From an uncultured Nitrospiraceae bacterium (GTDB lineage: Bacteria; Nitrospirota; Thermodesulfovibrionia; Thermodesulfovibrionales; Dissulfurispiraceae): a DNA stretch of 64,000 nucleotides. Location: contig CAVSHF010000005.1 of NCBI GenBank assembly GCA_963727805.1, positions 384,001-448,000 on the forward strand, given 5' to 3'. Numbering within the stretch: the first letter of the stretch is position 1; every line of letters begins with the position of its first letter. Position numbers and translations under genes: made by a program. The notes under the pieces were generated by a model. It made no database searches, was not told where the DNA came from, and was given only the letters and a program-made list of their open reading frames with translations. Below are positions 9,637-19,712 of the stretch, one piece after another.

Positions 9637-10407
9637 TAGTATTTTATAATCCTTAATTGGATCTTTTGTCAACTTAGTGTCAATCGAGATGGTGTCAATG
9701 GAGTGTGTAATCGAGTGTCATCGAGTCGTGGTGTCTATTAAATTGGGCTTTAATATCCCTGATCTGATGAATCATAATTATTAAAATAAACATTCATCAA
9801 TGGATCCAGTCTCAAAGTTTCAGACTTTAGATGGAAAGTTTTTAATAGATTCCACTTCCTGAAACTCTTTGGTAGGAGTGGCTATAAACACCCTAAGATA
9901 GTTGCAGGAAGAATTTTTTTGCCGGGGATAGGGAGAGCAAACGCCCCATTTAAATTCTCTAATATGTGTTGTACAGGACATAATTAATACCCAGCTAACT
10001 ATATTTCTGGTAGTAATCTCCAAAATTATCAGCATGAGCACTAGTGGTAATTACTGTGAAGCAAGTGAGTGTGCACCTCGATATTTCTGGATGCAAGGTT
10101 ACGAATAAGCGTCAATCCGCTGCGAAGTTGCGGATTGACGTGTGAAGGACTAAGCCGCTGTGCGGATATGTCAATTCAATCGAAGATTATCCTTCCTTAT
10201 ACTATCGGCAGTGGCATCTTTTAGGATATATAGGAGCAAGTCTTGCTGAACAAGGCTGATAGGCAGCGTCTTTAATGCCCCTGTTTGACCTTTGCGATGA
10301 TGTGCAAGGGCCGAAAGTGGCGTTTTCGGACAACAAGACCGTGTTGCGAAAAGAGATGTTTTTTTCGCGGGGCGATATTGAGGCGATTTTTGAAACGACC
10401 ACGGTTT

Positions 10408-11604
10408 TCATCGGCATTGCTCCGGAGGATCGTTGCAGCGGCGGGGAGGCAGAATCTCAATTCGGCGCATCTTGCCTTTTTTGCAAACGGGGCAGGTGGT
10501 GACGTCAATGCCGCAGATCCTTAGCAGCTGTTCCTGCCAGGTCTCAGGCTTGTCCTGCTCTTTCATTACGGTGTTGTGACTGTCAAGAAGCTCGCGGCAT
10601 GCAGCAATGTTATCTCTACGTTTCCTGTTTGCCAGCAGGCCGAAGTGCCTTATCCGAACGTATCGATTCGGCAGTACATGCAGAAGGAATCTTCTGATGA
10701 ACTCATCGGCCTGCAGAGTCATCACCTTGTGCTTATCGTCATCTGCGTAATCACGCCATTTGAACGAGACCTTGCCGTTTTCGGCCTCGATTATACGATT
10801 GTTGCTGATGGCGATCCTGTGCGTATATCGGCCGAGATATTGCAGGACGCCGCCAACTCCGTCGAAGGGCGGTTTGCAGTAGACAACCCACTTCTTGTGA
10901 TAAAGCTTTCTTCTGAGCATCTCGAAGGTATGGGAATCGCCGAGATGACTTATTCCTCCGGGAAAGATAAGATCACCCGCTTCAAAGATCCTTTTCAGAT
11001 GATCGAGGAACTTTCCCCGGAACAACGCCGACATTACCCTGACCGGAATGAAGAAGCCTTTGCGGCAGGATACCCAACTGTCTCCGTCGCAAGACAGGCC
11101 GCCTCCGGTGACGACACAGTGGATATGGGGATGGTCCATCAGATTCTGCCCCCAGGTATGAAGGATGCTGATGAAGCCGATGCGGGCACCGAGATGCTTC
11201 TGGTCATTTGAGAGTTCGGTGAGAGTTTCGGAGACACAACGGAACAGCAGATCATACATGACCTTCTGATTCATTATGACAACCGGATTGAGTTCCGACG
11301 GGATAGTGAAAACTACATGGAAGTACTGGATGGGCAAAAGGTCCTGTTGTCTGGCCTCAATCCACTGTTCTTTTTTCAGGGTCTGGCATTTGGGACAGTG
11401 CCTGTTCCGGCAGGAGTTGTAGGATATCTCGACGTGGCCGCAATCCTCGCACTTGTCCCTATGGCCTCCGAGTGCTGCCGTCCTGCATATCTCCACGGCG
11501 TGCATGGCCCGCAGATGACGAAGAGGCAAGGAATGAGACTGCCGATAATCGGAGCCGTAGCGGCGTAAGATATCCGCCACCTCCACACCACGAGACTGGC
11601 GCAT
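10408..11604 (-). CDS. IS91-family (Y2/HUH) transposase with N-terminal zinc-binding domain
   Basis: CEDCGH...SCRNRHCPKC, HVVFT, HPHIH (HUH), YLGRY (Y2). Confidence 0.92.
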   Translation of the reverse strand: MRQSRGVEVADILRRYGSDYRQSHSLPLRHLRAMHAVEICRTAALGGHRDKCEDCGHVEISYNSCRNRHCPKCQTLKKEQWIEARQQDLLPIQYFHVVFTIPSELNPVVIMNQKVMYDLLFRCVSETLTELSNDQKHLGARIGFISILHTWGQNLMDHPHIHCVVTGGGLSCDGDSWVSCRKGFFIPVRVMSALFRGKFLDHLKRIFEAGDLIFPGGISHLGDSHTFEMLRRKLYHKKWVVYCKPPFDGVGGVLQYLGRYTHRIAISNNRIIEAENGKVSFKWRDYADDDKHKVMTLQADEFIRRFLLHVLPNRYVRIRHFGLLANRKRRDNIAACRELLDSHNTVMKEQDKPETWQEQLLRICGIDVTTCPVCKKGKMRRIEILPPRRCNDPPEQCR

Positions 11605-11625
11605 CTGGATTTACGGCTCAGAGTG

Positions 11626-12471
11626 CTACAGATATTTTTTAGTTGCTATGTCCAGCGGACTGACAACTTTTGCCAGATTCATCTTGCTGACATGAAGATA
11701 AACGGTCGTGGTCGTCGGTGACCTGTGCCCAAGAAGCAGTTGGACATGATGAAGACTAGTCCCCGCCTCGATAAGGTGTGTCGCAAAACTATGCCTCAGA
11801 GTATGCACGCAAGCATTCTTTGCGATGCCGGCGCGTTTCTTGGATTTTTGGAATATCTGGTAGATGGAGCTTATAGTGATATGGGTGTTGTCCTTCTCGC
11901 CTTCAAATAACCACTCCTCCGGGCGATATTCCCTCCAATACTGTCTTAAGCACTCAAGGGCAGTCTGCGATAAGATGGAGTAACGGTCCTTTGCCCCTTT
12001 TCCAAGACGGACATAAACCAGCATACTCTTGCTGTCGATATCTGTCACCTTCAGTCGCGCAGCTTCACTTATTCTCAACCCGGCAGAATAGGTGATCATC
12101 AGAAGCGCCTTGTGCTTGATGTTTTCAGTGACTGAGAAAATCGCCTGGACTTCGGACAAATCCAAAACGAGAGGCAGCTTCTTCTGGGCTTTCGGATATT
12201 GAATATTATTGACTACATCCGCACGATTCAGGGTCGTATTATAAAGGAACTTGATCCCGGCCACATAGGTTCTGTATGTCCCCCTCGTTAAACCCCTTTC
12301 TTCCATAAGATGAACCAGATACTGCTTCACTTCCTCTGTACTCAGTTCTTCAGGAGACTTGCCGAAATAATTCTCAAGGTTACCGACTTCCCGGAGATAT
12401 TTCCTTTGGACACCAAGCGTAATGCCCTTCAACTGAAGATCCTGCAGCAACCGTTCTTTCAACGCGCTCAT
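11626..12471 (-). CDS. Tyrosine recombinase/integrase
   Basis: GLRISE, KGAKDR, HTLRHSFATH, LLGH, TTVY catalytic set. Start at ATG after GGAG. Confidence 0.92.
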   Translation of the reverse strand: MSALKERLLQDLQLKGITLGVQRKYLREVGNLENYFGKSPEELSTEEVKQYLVHLMEERGLTRGTYRTYVAGIKFLYNTTLNRADVVNNIQYPKAQKKLPLVLDLSEVQAIFSVTENIKHKALLMITYSAGLRISEAARLKVTDIDSKSMLVYVRLGKGAKDRYSILSQTALECLRQYWREYRPEEWLFEGEKDNTHITISSIYQIFQKSKKRAGIAKNACVHTLRHSFATHLIEAGTSLHHVQLLLGHRSPTTTTVYLHVSKMNLAKVVSPLDIATKKYL

Positions 12472-12810
12472 AATACAATCTCCTTTGAAACTGTTTTCTG
12501 CCAGCTCATGCCGGCAGCACAGCAAAGAGAGATTGTAAAAAGACTTCGATGGTTCAACAAAGAAATGTGATCAGGCAAAAGTGGCTATTCGAAAAAGATG
12601 GTACTACTACTGATAGGCCCTTGCTAATCGAATCCACCGCGCAGCGGTTTAGTCCTACTAAATATAATCGAGGTTGCACCTAACACAGTGAGAGGCTTTG
12701 TTTCAGTCGGAAATACTCAAATTTATTCCATTTTGCTTTAATGCTTATTCTAGCACTCCCAATCTGAGGCGCCAGTATCAGATATTCAATGATTTCCGGA
12801 TTAATAAAAC

Positions 12811-14700
12811 CTAGCGCTGCTTCGTGCGGCCTTGCTTCTTTGCGTAGAGAGAGGTTTTCGTTTTTTCAAGCGTCTGACTGGTTTGTCTCCTCACACGCCC
12901 CCGTTCGCTGCCTCCGCCGGCAAACAGCATTCCAGCCATCTTTTCTTTTCCCAGCTCCCTGAGTGCCTCCAACACCTTTTTGCGTTCATTAAGCTGGTTC
13001 CACAGCAGCAATGCCTTCTGCAAACCTTTTTCACGATCACTACGCGGGACATACACCTCTTTTCCGCTCTCGGGATTGATGCCAGTGTGGAACATACAGG
13101 TCGACAGAGTCCCAGGTGTAGGAGTAAAATCCTGAACCTGCTCAACCGTAAGCCCTAGCTTCTTTAAAGACAGCGCCAGTTCTAGCATGTCGGCCAGCGT
13201 ACAGCCGGGATGTCCCGAGATCAGGTATGGCACAACCTGCTGCCTCTTGCCGATACGGTCATTCTCATCGCGGAATTTCCCAAGAAAGTTTTCAAAGGCT
13301 TTTCTACCTGGTTTGTGCATTAGCGCCGTGACATGCTCAACAAGATGCTCAGGAGCTATCTTGAGCATACCGCTGACGTGATGCGACACCAGCTCACTGA
13401 AATATGCCGACTGACACTCCATTAGATCGTATCGTACCCCTGACGATACCGCCACATGTTTAACGCCGCTGTGGCTGCGAGCCTTGCGTAACAATGAAAC
13501 CGCACGCTTGTCATCCGTTTTGAGATTCTTGCAGATCTGCGGGAAGATGCAACTTTGCTTCCTGCATGATCTCTCAGCATCACGATTGCCGCACGAGAGG
13601 CCGTACATATTGGCAGTGGGCCCGCCGATGTCGCTGATGCTGCCACGGAACCATGACTTGCGGGTAAGCGCCCCGATTTCGTTTAGCACTGAGTTCTCAC
13701 TGCGAGACTGTATCGTTTTGCCCTGATGCGTGCCGATGGAGCAAAAAGAACAACCACCGAAACAGCCACGATGGCTGGTAATGGAGGTCTTGATCTGCTC
13801 CCACGCCGGGATCAAATCATGATACGAAGGGTGCGGCGCCTTCTCAAACGGCAAAGCGTAGACAGCGTCCATTTCTGATTCGGTAAGCGGCAGCGCCGGC
13901 GGCATGCAGACTAGCATGCGGGCACCATGGCGTTGCACAATAGTTCGGGCGCAATGAGGGTTCTGTTCAAGACTTGCGAGGCGGAAGGCCTCGGCAAACT
14001 TCGTTTTGTCTGCGACCACCTCTTCGAATGAAGGGATTTCAAGGATGCTGCTTTCCTCTCTATCAGAAAGCGCAATTGATCGAATATCACGGCTGATATA
14101 GGCCGTTCCGCGTACATTTCGGATGTTTGTCAGAGACTCACCTATCTGCATCCGTCTCGCCACTTCCAAAAGCGGCCGTTCCGCCATGCCGTAAATCAAC
14201 AGATCAGCCTTAGAGTCGAAGAGTATCGACCGCCGGACCTTATCTTCAGTGAAATCATAGTGTGCAAAACGGCGCAATGAGGCCTCTATGCCGCCGATGA
14301 TAACGGGCACATCGTGCCAGGCTTCCTTCAGGCGAGTGGTGTAGATAAGAGTAGCGCGATTGGGCCGTGCCCCATGTACGTTGCCCGGCGTATAGGCATC
14401 GTCGCGGCGCAGTTTGCGGGCTGCTGTGTAATGAGAAACCATTGAGTCCATTGCGCCGGCCGAGACGGCGAAAAACAGTCTGGGCTTTCCGAGTGCTCTG
14501 AATGGATTATGGGAACGCCAATCAGGTTGCGCAATAATCCCGATCCGGTACCCATGATTCTCCAACCAGCGCGCTAAAAGCGGCACGCCGAAAGAGGGGT
14601 GGTCGATATATGCATCGCCGCTGACGAAAATAACATCTAGCTCGTTCCATCCGCGGCTACGAGCCTGCTCTAAGGTCATGGGAAGAAAAGACACAGTCAT
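12811..14700 (-). CDS. YgiQ (UPF0313) family radical SAM protein
   Basis: [30 protein letters not shown] (CxxxCxxC), [20 protein letters not shown]. Confidence 0.92.
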   Translation of the reverse strand: MTVSFLPMTLEQARSRGWNELDVIFVSGDAYIDHPSFGVPLLARWLENHGYRIGIIAQPDWRSHNPFRALGKPRLFFAVSAGAMDSMVSHYTAARKLRRDDAYTPGNVHGARPNRATLIYTTRLKEAWHDVPVIIGGIEASLRRFAHYDFTEDKVRRSILFDSKADLLIYGMAERPLLEVARRMQIGESLTNIRNVRGTAYISRDIRSIALSDREESSILEIPSFEEVVADKTKFAEAFRLASLEQNPHCARTIVQRHGARMLVCMPPALPLTESEMDAVYALPFEKAPHPSYHDLIPAWEQIKTSITSHRGCFGGCSFCSIGTHQGKTIQSRSENSVLNEIGALTRKSWFRGSISDIGGPTANMYGLSCGNRDAERSCRKQSCIFPQICKNLKTDDKRAVSLLRKARSHSGVKHVAVSSGVRYDLMECQSAYFSELVSHHVSGMLKIAPEHLVEHVTALMHKPGRKAFENFLGKFRDENDRIGKRQQVVPYLISGHPGCTLADMLELALSLKKLGLTVEQVQDFTPTPGTLSTCMFHTGINPESGKEVYVPRSDREKGLQKALLLWNQLNERKKVLEALRELGKEKMAGMLFAGGGSERGRVRRQTSQTLEKTKTSLYAKKQGRTKQR

Positions 14701-15214
14701 GTTACCGCTTTATATTTCCGAAAGAACGGCCGCCAATACAATTTCTCATAGATCCTTCGTTATGCTTATCCATTATTTATACGGTAGTCTGCAATTATGC
14801 TTACCGTATGCGTCATACTAGCGGTATACACATTTTAGATTAACACTTTTCAACTCTGCAATTATCTGCATCCTGCACAGACTGAGAGGTGTTAGAATCG
14901 ACAGCACACCCGGAAGACGGTAAAGACACTTGTATCGAAGCGTTAAAGTTGCGCGTATAAGATTTCCATGTAAAAATGGAACGGCAACAGAGAATGTGTT
15001 AAGAATAATCTTGCTCACCAGAACACTTTAGGAGTCGTTAGCATCATAAACGCAAATGATGGGGCCAAGGTTATTGGCCACACCTTCGATTCAATATTCT
15101 AAATTACAGTTTTTCGGTTTAGACGATAAAATATCTAGAAGGAACGGTCAAATGTTGCAAGTGGGAGATGACGCAAATGCCTCCTACTCCTACACATCAA
15201 ATATGGTATAACCA

Positions 15215-15400
15215 GAATATGGACGGTTGTTAACCGTTCATAAAGAGGCAGGAGGACGTGCTTTCTACAGGGTCATAGAATCCTTTTTTCAGTCAGTCCC
15301 CTGTCTCCCAAAACCATGATAAGTTGATCGGGCGATGAGCTCTTGTAAAGATGGAGATATGGTTGGGAGGCATTCCTGCCTAATATCCTATGCGGGAGGT
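15215..15400 (+). ncRNA. Putative bridge RNA region of IS110 A
   Basis: About 225-bp 5' non-coding end conserved with copy B, TATAAC -10-like box near the end. Role inferred from IS110 biology. Confidence 0.55.
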
Positions 15401-15408
15401 GCTTGGAG

Positions 15409-16605
15409 ATGAGCAAGGTATTTGTAGGCATCGATGCGGCAAAAGAGTACTCGACTGCCCAGGGCATTGATAGTAACGAAAAGAAGCTTTTTTACTTAAG
15501 GTTCTCAATGGACTCAGCAGGGTTTACAGAGCTTCGGGCTGCGCTTAAGGGCTGCACTGAGAACATGGATGATATTGCTGTAGCAATGGAGTCCACCGGC
15601 TGTTATCATATCAACCTCTTTTCCTTTCTATGCGCGGAGGGATTTCGTTGTGCGGTAGTCAATCCGCTTCTGATATCCAGATTTGTTCAGGGATCATTGA
15701 GGAAGACCAAGACAGATAAGAAGGATGCTATGACCATAGCGCAGTTTCTTCTGAGCAATGAAAAGAAGCTTTGCGCGGTAACTGCGTCCCAGGATGCACA
15801 GGACTTGAGGGATCTGGCCAGGGAGCGGGAGTCTCAGTCATGGATGATCGCATCAATGAAGAATGACCTCAAACGGTTACTGCAGATCACTTTCCCTGAG
15901 TTTGAGACACTACGCAAGAATATTTACACGGAGACGATGCTGAACTTTCTGAGACAGTACCCCTCCGCCAGATTAGTTCGCGAGGCAAAGAGGAGAGATA
16001 TCGACAAAGCTCTCATCTGTCCCGGGGAGAAGCGCAAGAGAGTGCAGATTAGTGCCGACGATCTTATTGCTGCGGCAAAGCGCTCGGTGGGCTCAGCCGG
16101 TAGAGCAAAGGAGCTTATTGTCTCTGAGAAGGCAACCACGATCCTGTATCTTCAGGAAAAGTGCGAGAAGATTACCGAGGCATTGGTAGAAGCGTGTCAG
16201 GCAATGCGGATCGAAGATCTTGAGATCATTAAAACTCTCGATGGAGTAAAAAACATAACTGGATGCAGCTTTTTGGCGGAGATCGGAGAGTTGTCCAACT
16301 TCAAATCATATAAGAGTTTGATTGCTTTCATGGGGCTTGATCCATCTACACACCAGTCAGGGAATCATGTGGGGCCAAGTAAAATATCAAAACGAGGAAA
16401 TCGTCATCTGAGGCGCGTCGTCCATATAATGACACTTTGTGCAGTGAGGTCTGACAATATATTCAGACAATATTATCTCAGAAGGAAGGCTGAGGGATTG
16501 CCTCCGATGAAAGCATTAATGGCGACCTCTCACAAGCTAATAAGAGTGATCTTTTCTATGCTTACACACAGAATGCCGTTTAAAAAGGAGGTGGCTGCTG
16601 TATAG
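15409..16605 (+). CDS. IS110 transposase/recombinase
   Basis: GID / MESTG / KTDKKDA (DEDD) and HQSG...SKRGN motifs. Confidence 0.93.
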   Translation: MSKVFVGIDAAKEYSTAQGIDSNEKKLFYLRFSMDSAGFTELRAALKGCTENMDDIAVAMESTGCYHINLFSFLCAEGFRCAVVNPLLISRFVQGSLRKTKTDKKDAMTIAQFLLSNEKKLCAVTASQDAQDLRDLARERESQSWMIASMKNDLKRLLQITFPEFETLRKNIYTETMLNFLRQYPSARLVREAKRRDIDKALICPGEKRKRVQISADDLIAAAKRSVGSAGRAKELIVSEKATTILYLQEKCEKITEALVEACQAMRIEDLEIIKTLDGVKNITGCSFLAEIGELSNFKSYKSLIAFMGLDPSTHQSGNHVGPSKISKRGNRHLRRVVHIMTLCAVRSDNIFRQYYLRRKAEGLPPMKALMATSHKLIRVIFSMLTHRMPFKKEVAAV

Positions 16606-16662
16606 TTGACTGAAAGTCAACACATTGGCTATCTCAGCACAATCGTTGATTTCCGAAAGTTA

Positions 16663-17300
16663 GTGCGCCACGAGGCTGCACAGGAAGATGAGGGTTGGCC
16701 CCTCGAAGCCGGCTTGCAGGAGCAGGCTTCAACCCACCTTAAGCTGCTGTAGTCGAAAGGCTCCGGTGGTGAGCGTTAAAGGAAAAGGCACGACTAGATC
16801 GTGTCAGGGATGGATCAGAGAGATGAGCGTAAGCGAACCGCTGATGAGGTGTCGAAAGGAAAAGGACGACGTCAAAACTGATGTTCTTACTTTGCATCAG
16901 GATTAGTTCAGGAGATACCTGTTTACTGCCTGAACGGCGTCCGGCATAGAGGCGGCATGAAGCTGATCTAGGCTCCTGTGTGGAACGCGGGAACTCTTCA
17001 TCTGATGCTAAGAGAAAACCCTATAAGTGCAAACGAAGGGGGAAAGTATCGATGCAGGTGAAGGGGTCGGACCGTCCAATAGTACCGATGAAGCGGTGAT
17101 AATAAGCCGTGGAGGGAAGGGGATGGGTCAATCCACAAAGAGTACCAGTCAACTGGGTGACCAGGAGGAACTATCGCTCAATGTGTATGGTTGAGACTGC
17201 AAAGACTCAACTTGATGATTGACACGAGCCGTATGAATCGAGAGGTTCACGTACGGAATCTGTGAGGGGCTGGTGGTGCGATTCCACCGGCCTACTCGAC
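16663..17300 (+). mobile_element. ORF-less group II intron (638 nt)
   Basis: 5' GTGCG. Domain V GAGCCGTATGAATCGAGAGGTTCACGTACGG from about 17226. Domain VI with bulged A, 3' ...CTACTCGAC. No RT ORF. Confidence 0.88.
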
Positions 17301-17459
17301 CTTTTAAAATCAGATTCTCACATTTAGTTAGAACTCAACAGTGGATGGCCGGGCTAATTGCTCAAATATTATCCTTAAAATAAACGTTTGCGGCCATGTA
17401 GGACAGGCGTTCTAATTATCCATGAAAATTGTTTATGGGCAGGGCCTGGGGAGCGCCAT

Positions 17460-17488
17460 AGCCGCGGGGCACTCTGCAAAGGCTTTCG
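17460..17488 (-). mobile_element. Solo left-end remnant of the IS200 element at 37233
   Basis: Reverse complement matches CGAAAGCCTTTGCAGAGTGCCCCGCGGCT and is preceded by the same CTAC target. Confidence 0.75.
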
Positions 17489-17520
17489 GTAGGACTTCTT
17501 AGCGGTCAGTTTGCATATGA

Positions 17521-18237
17521 CTATTCTTGAAAGTGGCGAGAGAATTCGTGATACGCTTCAATAACGAGGCCAGCCGGATCGATCACCGGGCGTGCGTTAG
17601 TCACAGGCGCCGAGATACTAATGAAGTCAGCTCCCATTTTGAGCGCATCCGCTGGAGATACAATTGCCGAAGGCTGATGCAAGCCGGGATCGAGATTCCA
17701 AAGCGGATAATTGCCATAGACGATGATCTCAAAATTATTCCCAATTGCAGTATTACGGATAACCGATAGTTCACGCGTGGAACAGATGATCCTCCTAATG
17801 TCCACCCTTAAAGCATCCTTGTCAAGTCGAAGGATAACCTCGTCACAGGTTCTACCATTTCTCCTTAGACATTCTTCATCCGTTCCAATAATCCTCAGAG
17901 AAGCTATGGCGATTGTCATTATTCTGTGGTACAATGCCTGACGCATAGCATACTCATTACAACATCGAAATGTAATGCCCCATGGATTATATGGCTTATA
18001 CATTTCAATACACTCATCAATAGCTGGAAGATACTCACCAAGACGAGTATCAATCATTACTTCGCCATGTTTCCTTATCTCTTCAATAATTTTGACAGAT
18101 TTTTTCTGAAGAGTAGTATTTATTTTAAAAATTAGATTTCTATCTTTTGTTGCTTCGAATATTCGACTCCATTCGCCATAAGGAATTCGATCAAGGTTAA
18201 TAATAAGTCCTTTACACCTCAACATTTGGGTATTCAT
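17521..18237 (-). CDS. Divergent orotidine-5'-phosphate decarboxylase-like TIM-barrel protein
   Basis: Colinear with PyrF by eye (LIINLD, FKI, IICSTRE, SPADALKMGADFI), but DxKxxD is replaced by DTRLGE. Confidence 0.6.
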   Translation of the reverse strand: MNTQMLRCKGLIINLDRIPYGEWSRIFEATKDRNLIFKINTTLQKKSVKIIEEIRKHGEVMIDTRLGEYLPAIDECIEMYKPYNPWGITFRCCNEYAMRQALYHRIMTIAIASLRIIGTDEECLRRNGRTCDEVILRLDKDALRVDIRRIICSTRELSVIRNTAIGNNFEIIVYGNYPLWNLDPGLHQPSAIVSPADALKMGADFISISAPVTNARPVIDPAGLVIEAYHEFSRHFQE

Positions 18238-18356
18238 GTATGACGTCCTCCCTTCCTAAAATTGAATTTCCTTGAAGTCATTCATTCCTCAGCCACGGCG
18301 TCTACGGCCCAGCGATCAATGAGGAGAAGGTATATCTTTTAGAGTCTGCCGCCTTC

Positions 18357-18760
18357 ATGACAATCGATAAGAAGACCCTTTGGGGGATAGCCCTCATATT
18401 CATGATAACGGTACTACCATCTGTGCTCAGCAATACGGTGATCAGGATAATCACAGCAGTTTTAATGGCCTCTTTTGCAGGCTGGCTCGTCTATTATCTG
18501 ATAAAACTGAAGGTATCTGAGTTCAGGAGGGTTTGCGAAGCAACTGAAAAGAAACGGCTTGCGGATTTTGCAGCGATCAGAGTGCCGGTAAGTAAACTGG
18601 CTCAGGAGCGGGCACAAATCATCCCGGTGCTGGTAGGTCAATTGAAGGAAGTCATTGAACAGACTGAGAACGCTGCTCTTGAAATCGGTGACAAATTCAT
18701 GAGCATCGTCGAGCGGGTCCAGATCCAGGCTACAAAGGCATCGGTTGCTGTCAGCAACAA
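18357..18760 (+). pseudogene. Truncated methyl-accepting chemotaxis-like membrane protein
   Basis: Two TM helices, then IPVLVGQLKEVIEQTENAALEIGDKFMSIV, after which the frame turns into unrelated sequence. Confidence 0.5.
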
Positions 18761-19014
18761 TCAACACGTCAGATTTAGGTCTCTTTACCTTAATCATCAG
18801 TTGTTCCGCCTTCCAGACTTCTTCGCTTTTTTTATTGCTGACGTGTCTCATCGCCTATGTCCTGCCGTTTTATTCTGCACGGTAGAGAATAAGCAATATG
18901 GATGCCTGATTTGAACTGTTTGAATTAAAAGAGATAATTCGAAATAATGCCTTAGCAGGGATATGATAAAATGCAAACTCTAACGTTTTGTTATAACAAA
19001 ACGTTAGAGTTAAA

Positions 19015-19290
19015 TCATAAATCGAACATCTTTATTTTTCTAAGTAGGGTAGGATGTGAAATTCTTAATATTGCAGCGGCTCTTGTCCTATTGCCCTTTG
19101 CGTGTTCGAGGGCAACTCTTATGGCAATCTTCTCTGCTTCCTCTAAGCTCATAGGCAAATCTTGACTTTGCAAGTTTGACACCTCAGCCTTCCCCTGTTT
19201 TTCATTCGTTTCACACATACACTCAGAAACCATCTCCATTGTCAGCTCATTTCCATCGCAGAGCAGGACAGCCCTTCTTATAGGCTGGGG
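19015..19290 (-). pseudogene. C-terminal fragment of a sigma54-dependent Fis-family regulator
   Basis: RAVLLCDG...SLEEAEKIAIRVALEHAKGNRTRAAAILRISHPTLLRKIK (HTH_8) with no AAA domain. Confidence 0.7.
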
Positions 19291-19712
19291 AGTATGAGCT
19301 GCAAGCTTGACACATTGCCGCTCGCAACAAATCATCTTCAAAGTATCGGGAGCACATGTTGATCAGGGGTCGACTCAAAACGTCCTACTGAAAGTCATTG
19401 AATTTACCAGTACCAGGAATTTCGTGATTACCTAAGATAACTATCAGTGTCGCTTCGTTTGTGAATCCTTGTATCACGCGGCGATCTGCAGATGAGAAAT
19501 GCGGTATAGCACCCAGTACTCAATACTTTGAGGAAGAAAAGAAACTCACGCCGCACTCTGCGCGTCGCTCGCTACGGCATCACAGGGCATTAACCCCGTG
19601 GGTCAGCACGGGTCTCCGCTACGCTCCGACGCTCCGCACCCCGACGGCATAAGGTTCCCGCAGCAGAGACTGCGGGGTATATGAGCTTAATCAAAATTTC
19701 CCTTAATACTGC

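Larger units (their letters stand above)
10102..12659 (-). mobile_element. Tyrosine recombinase + IS91-family transposase element, copy 1 (2558 bp)
   Basis: Boundaries from three-way comparison with 34473-37030 and 49835-52392: AGTAGGACTAAACCG...GACGCTTATTCG. No TSD. Confidence 0.92.
15184..16634 (+). mobile_element. IS110-family element A
   Basis: Ends from homology with 52445-53896: CTACTCCTACAC...GGCTATCT. CT at both ends fits an IS110 core dinucleotide. Confidence 0.85.

Noticed and set aside
10576..11211. 211-aa antisense ORF in each IS91-type transposase (also 35921-36556, 51283-51918)
   Set aside because: Shadow frame fully inside a real gene; it recurs only because the element is repeated; no recognisable motifs.
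11626..12471. Integrase as an integron IntI with a cassette array
   Set aside because: No IntI-specific insertion and no attC-flanked cassette series; it moves as part of the 2558-bp element.
15135..15183. GACGCAAA segment as a c-di-GMP-I riboswitch
   Set aside because: No GAAA-tetraloop P2 or P3 architecture could be built.
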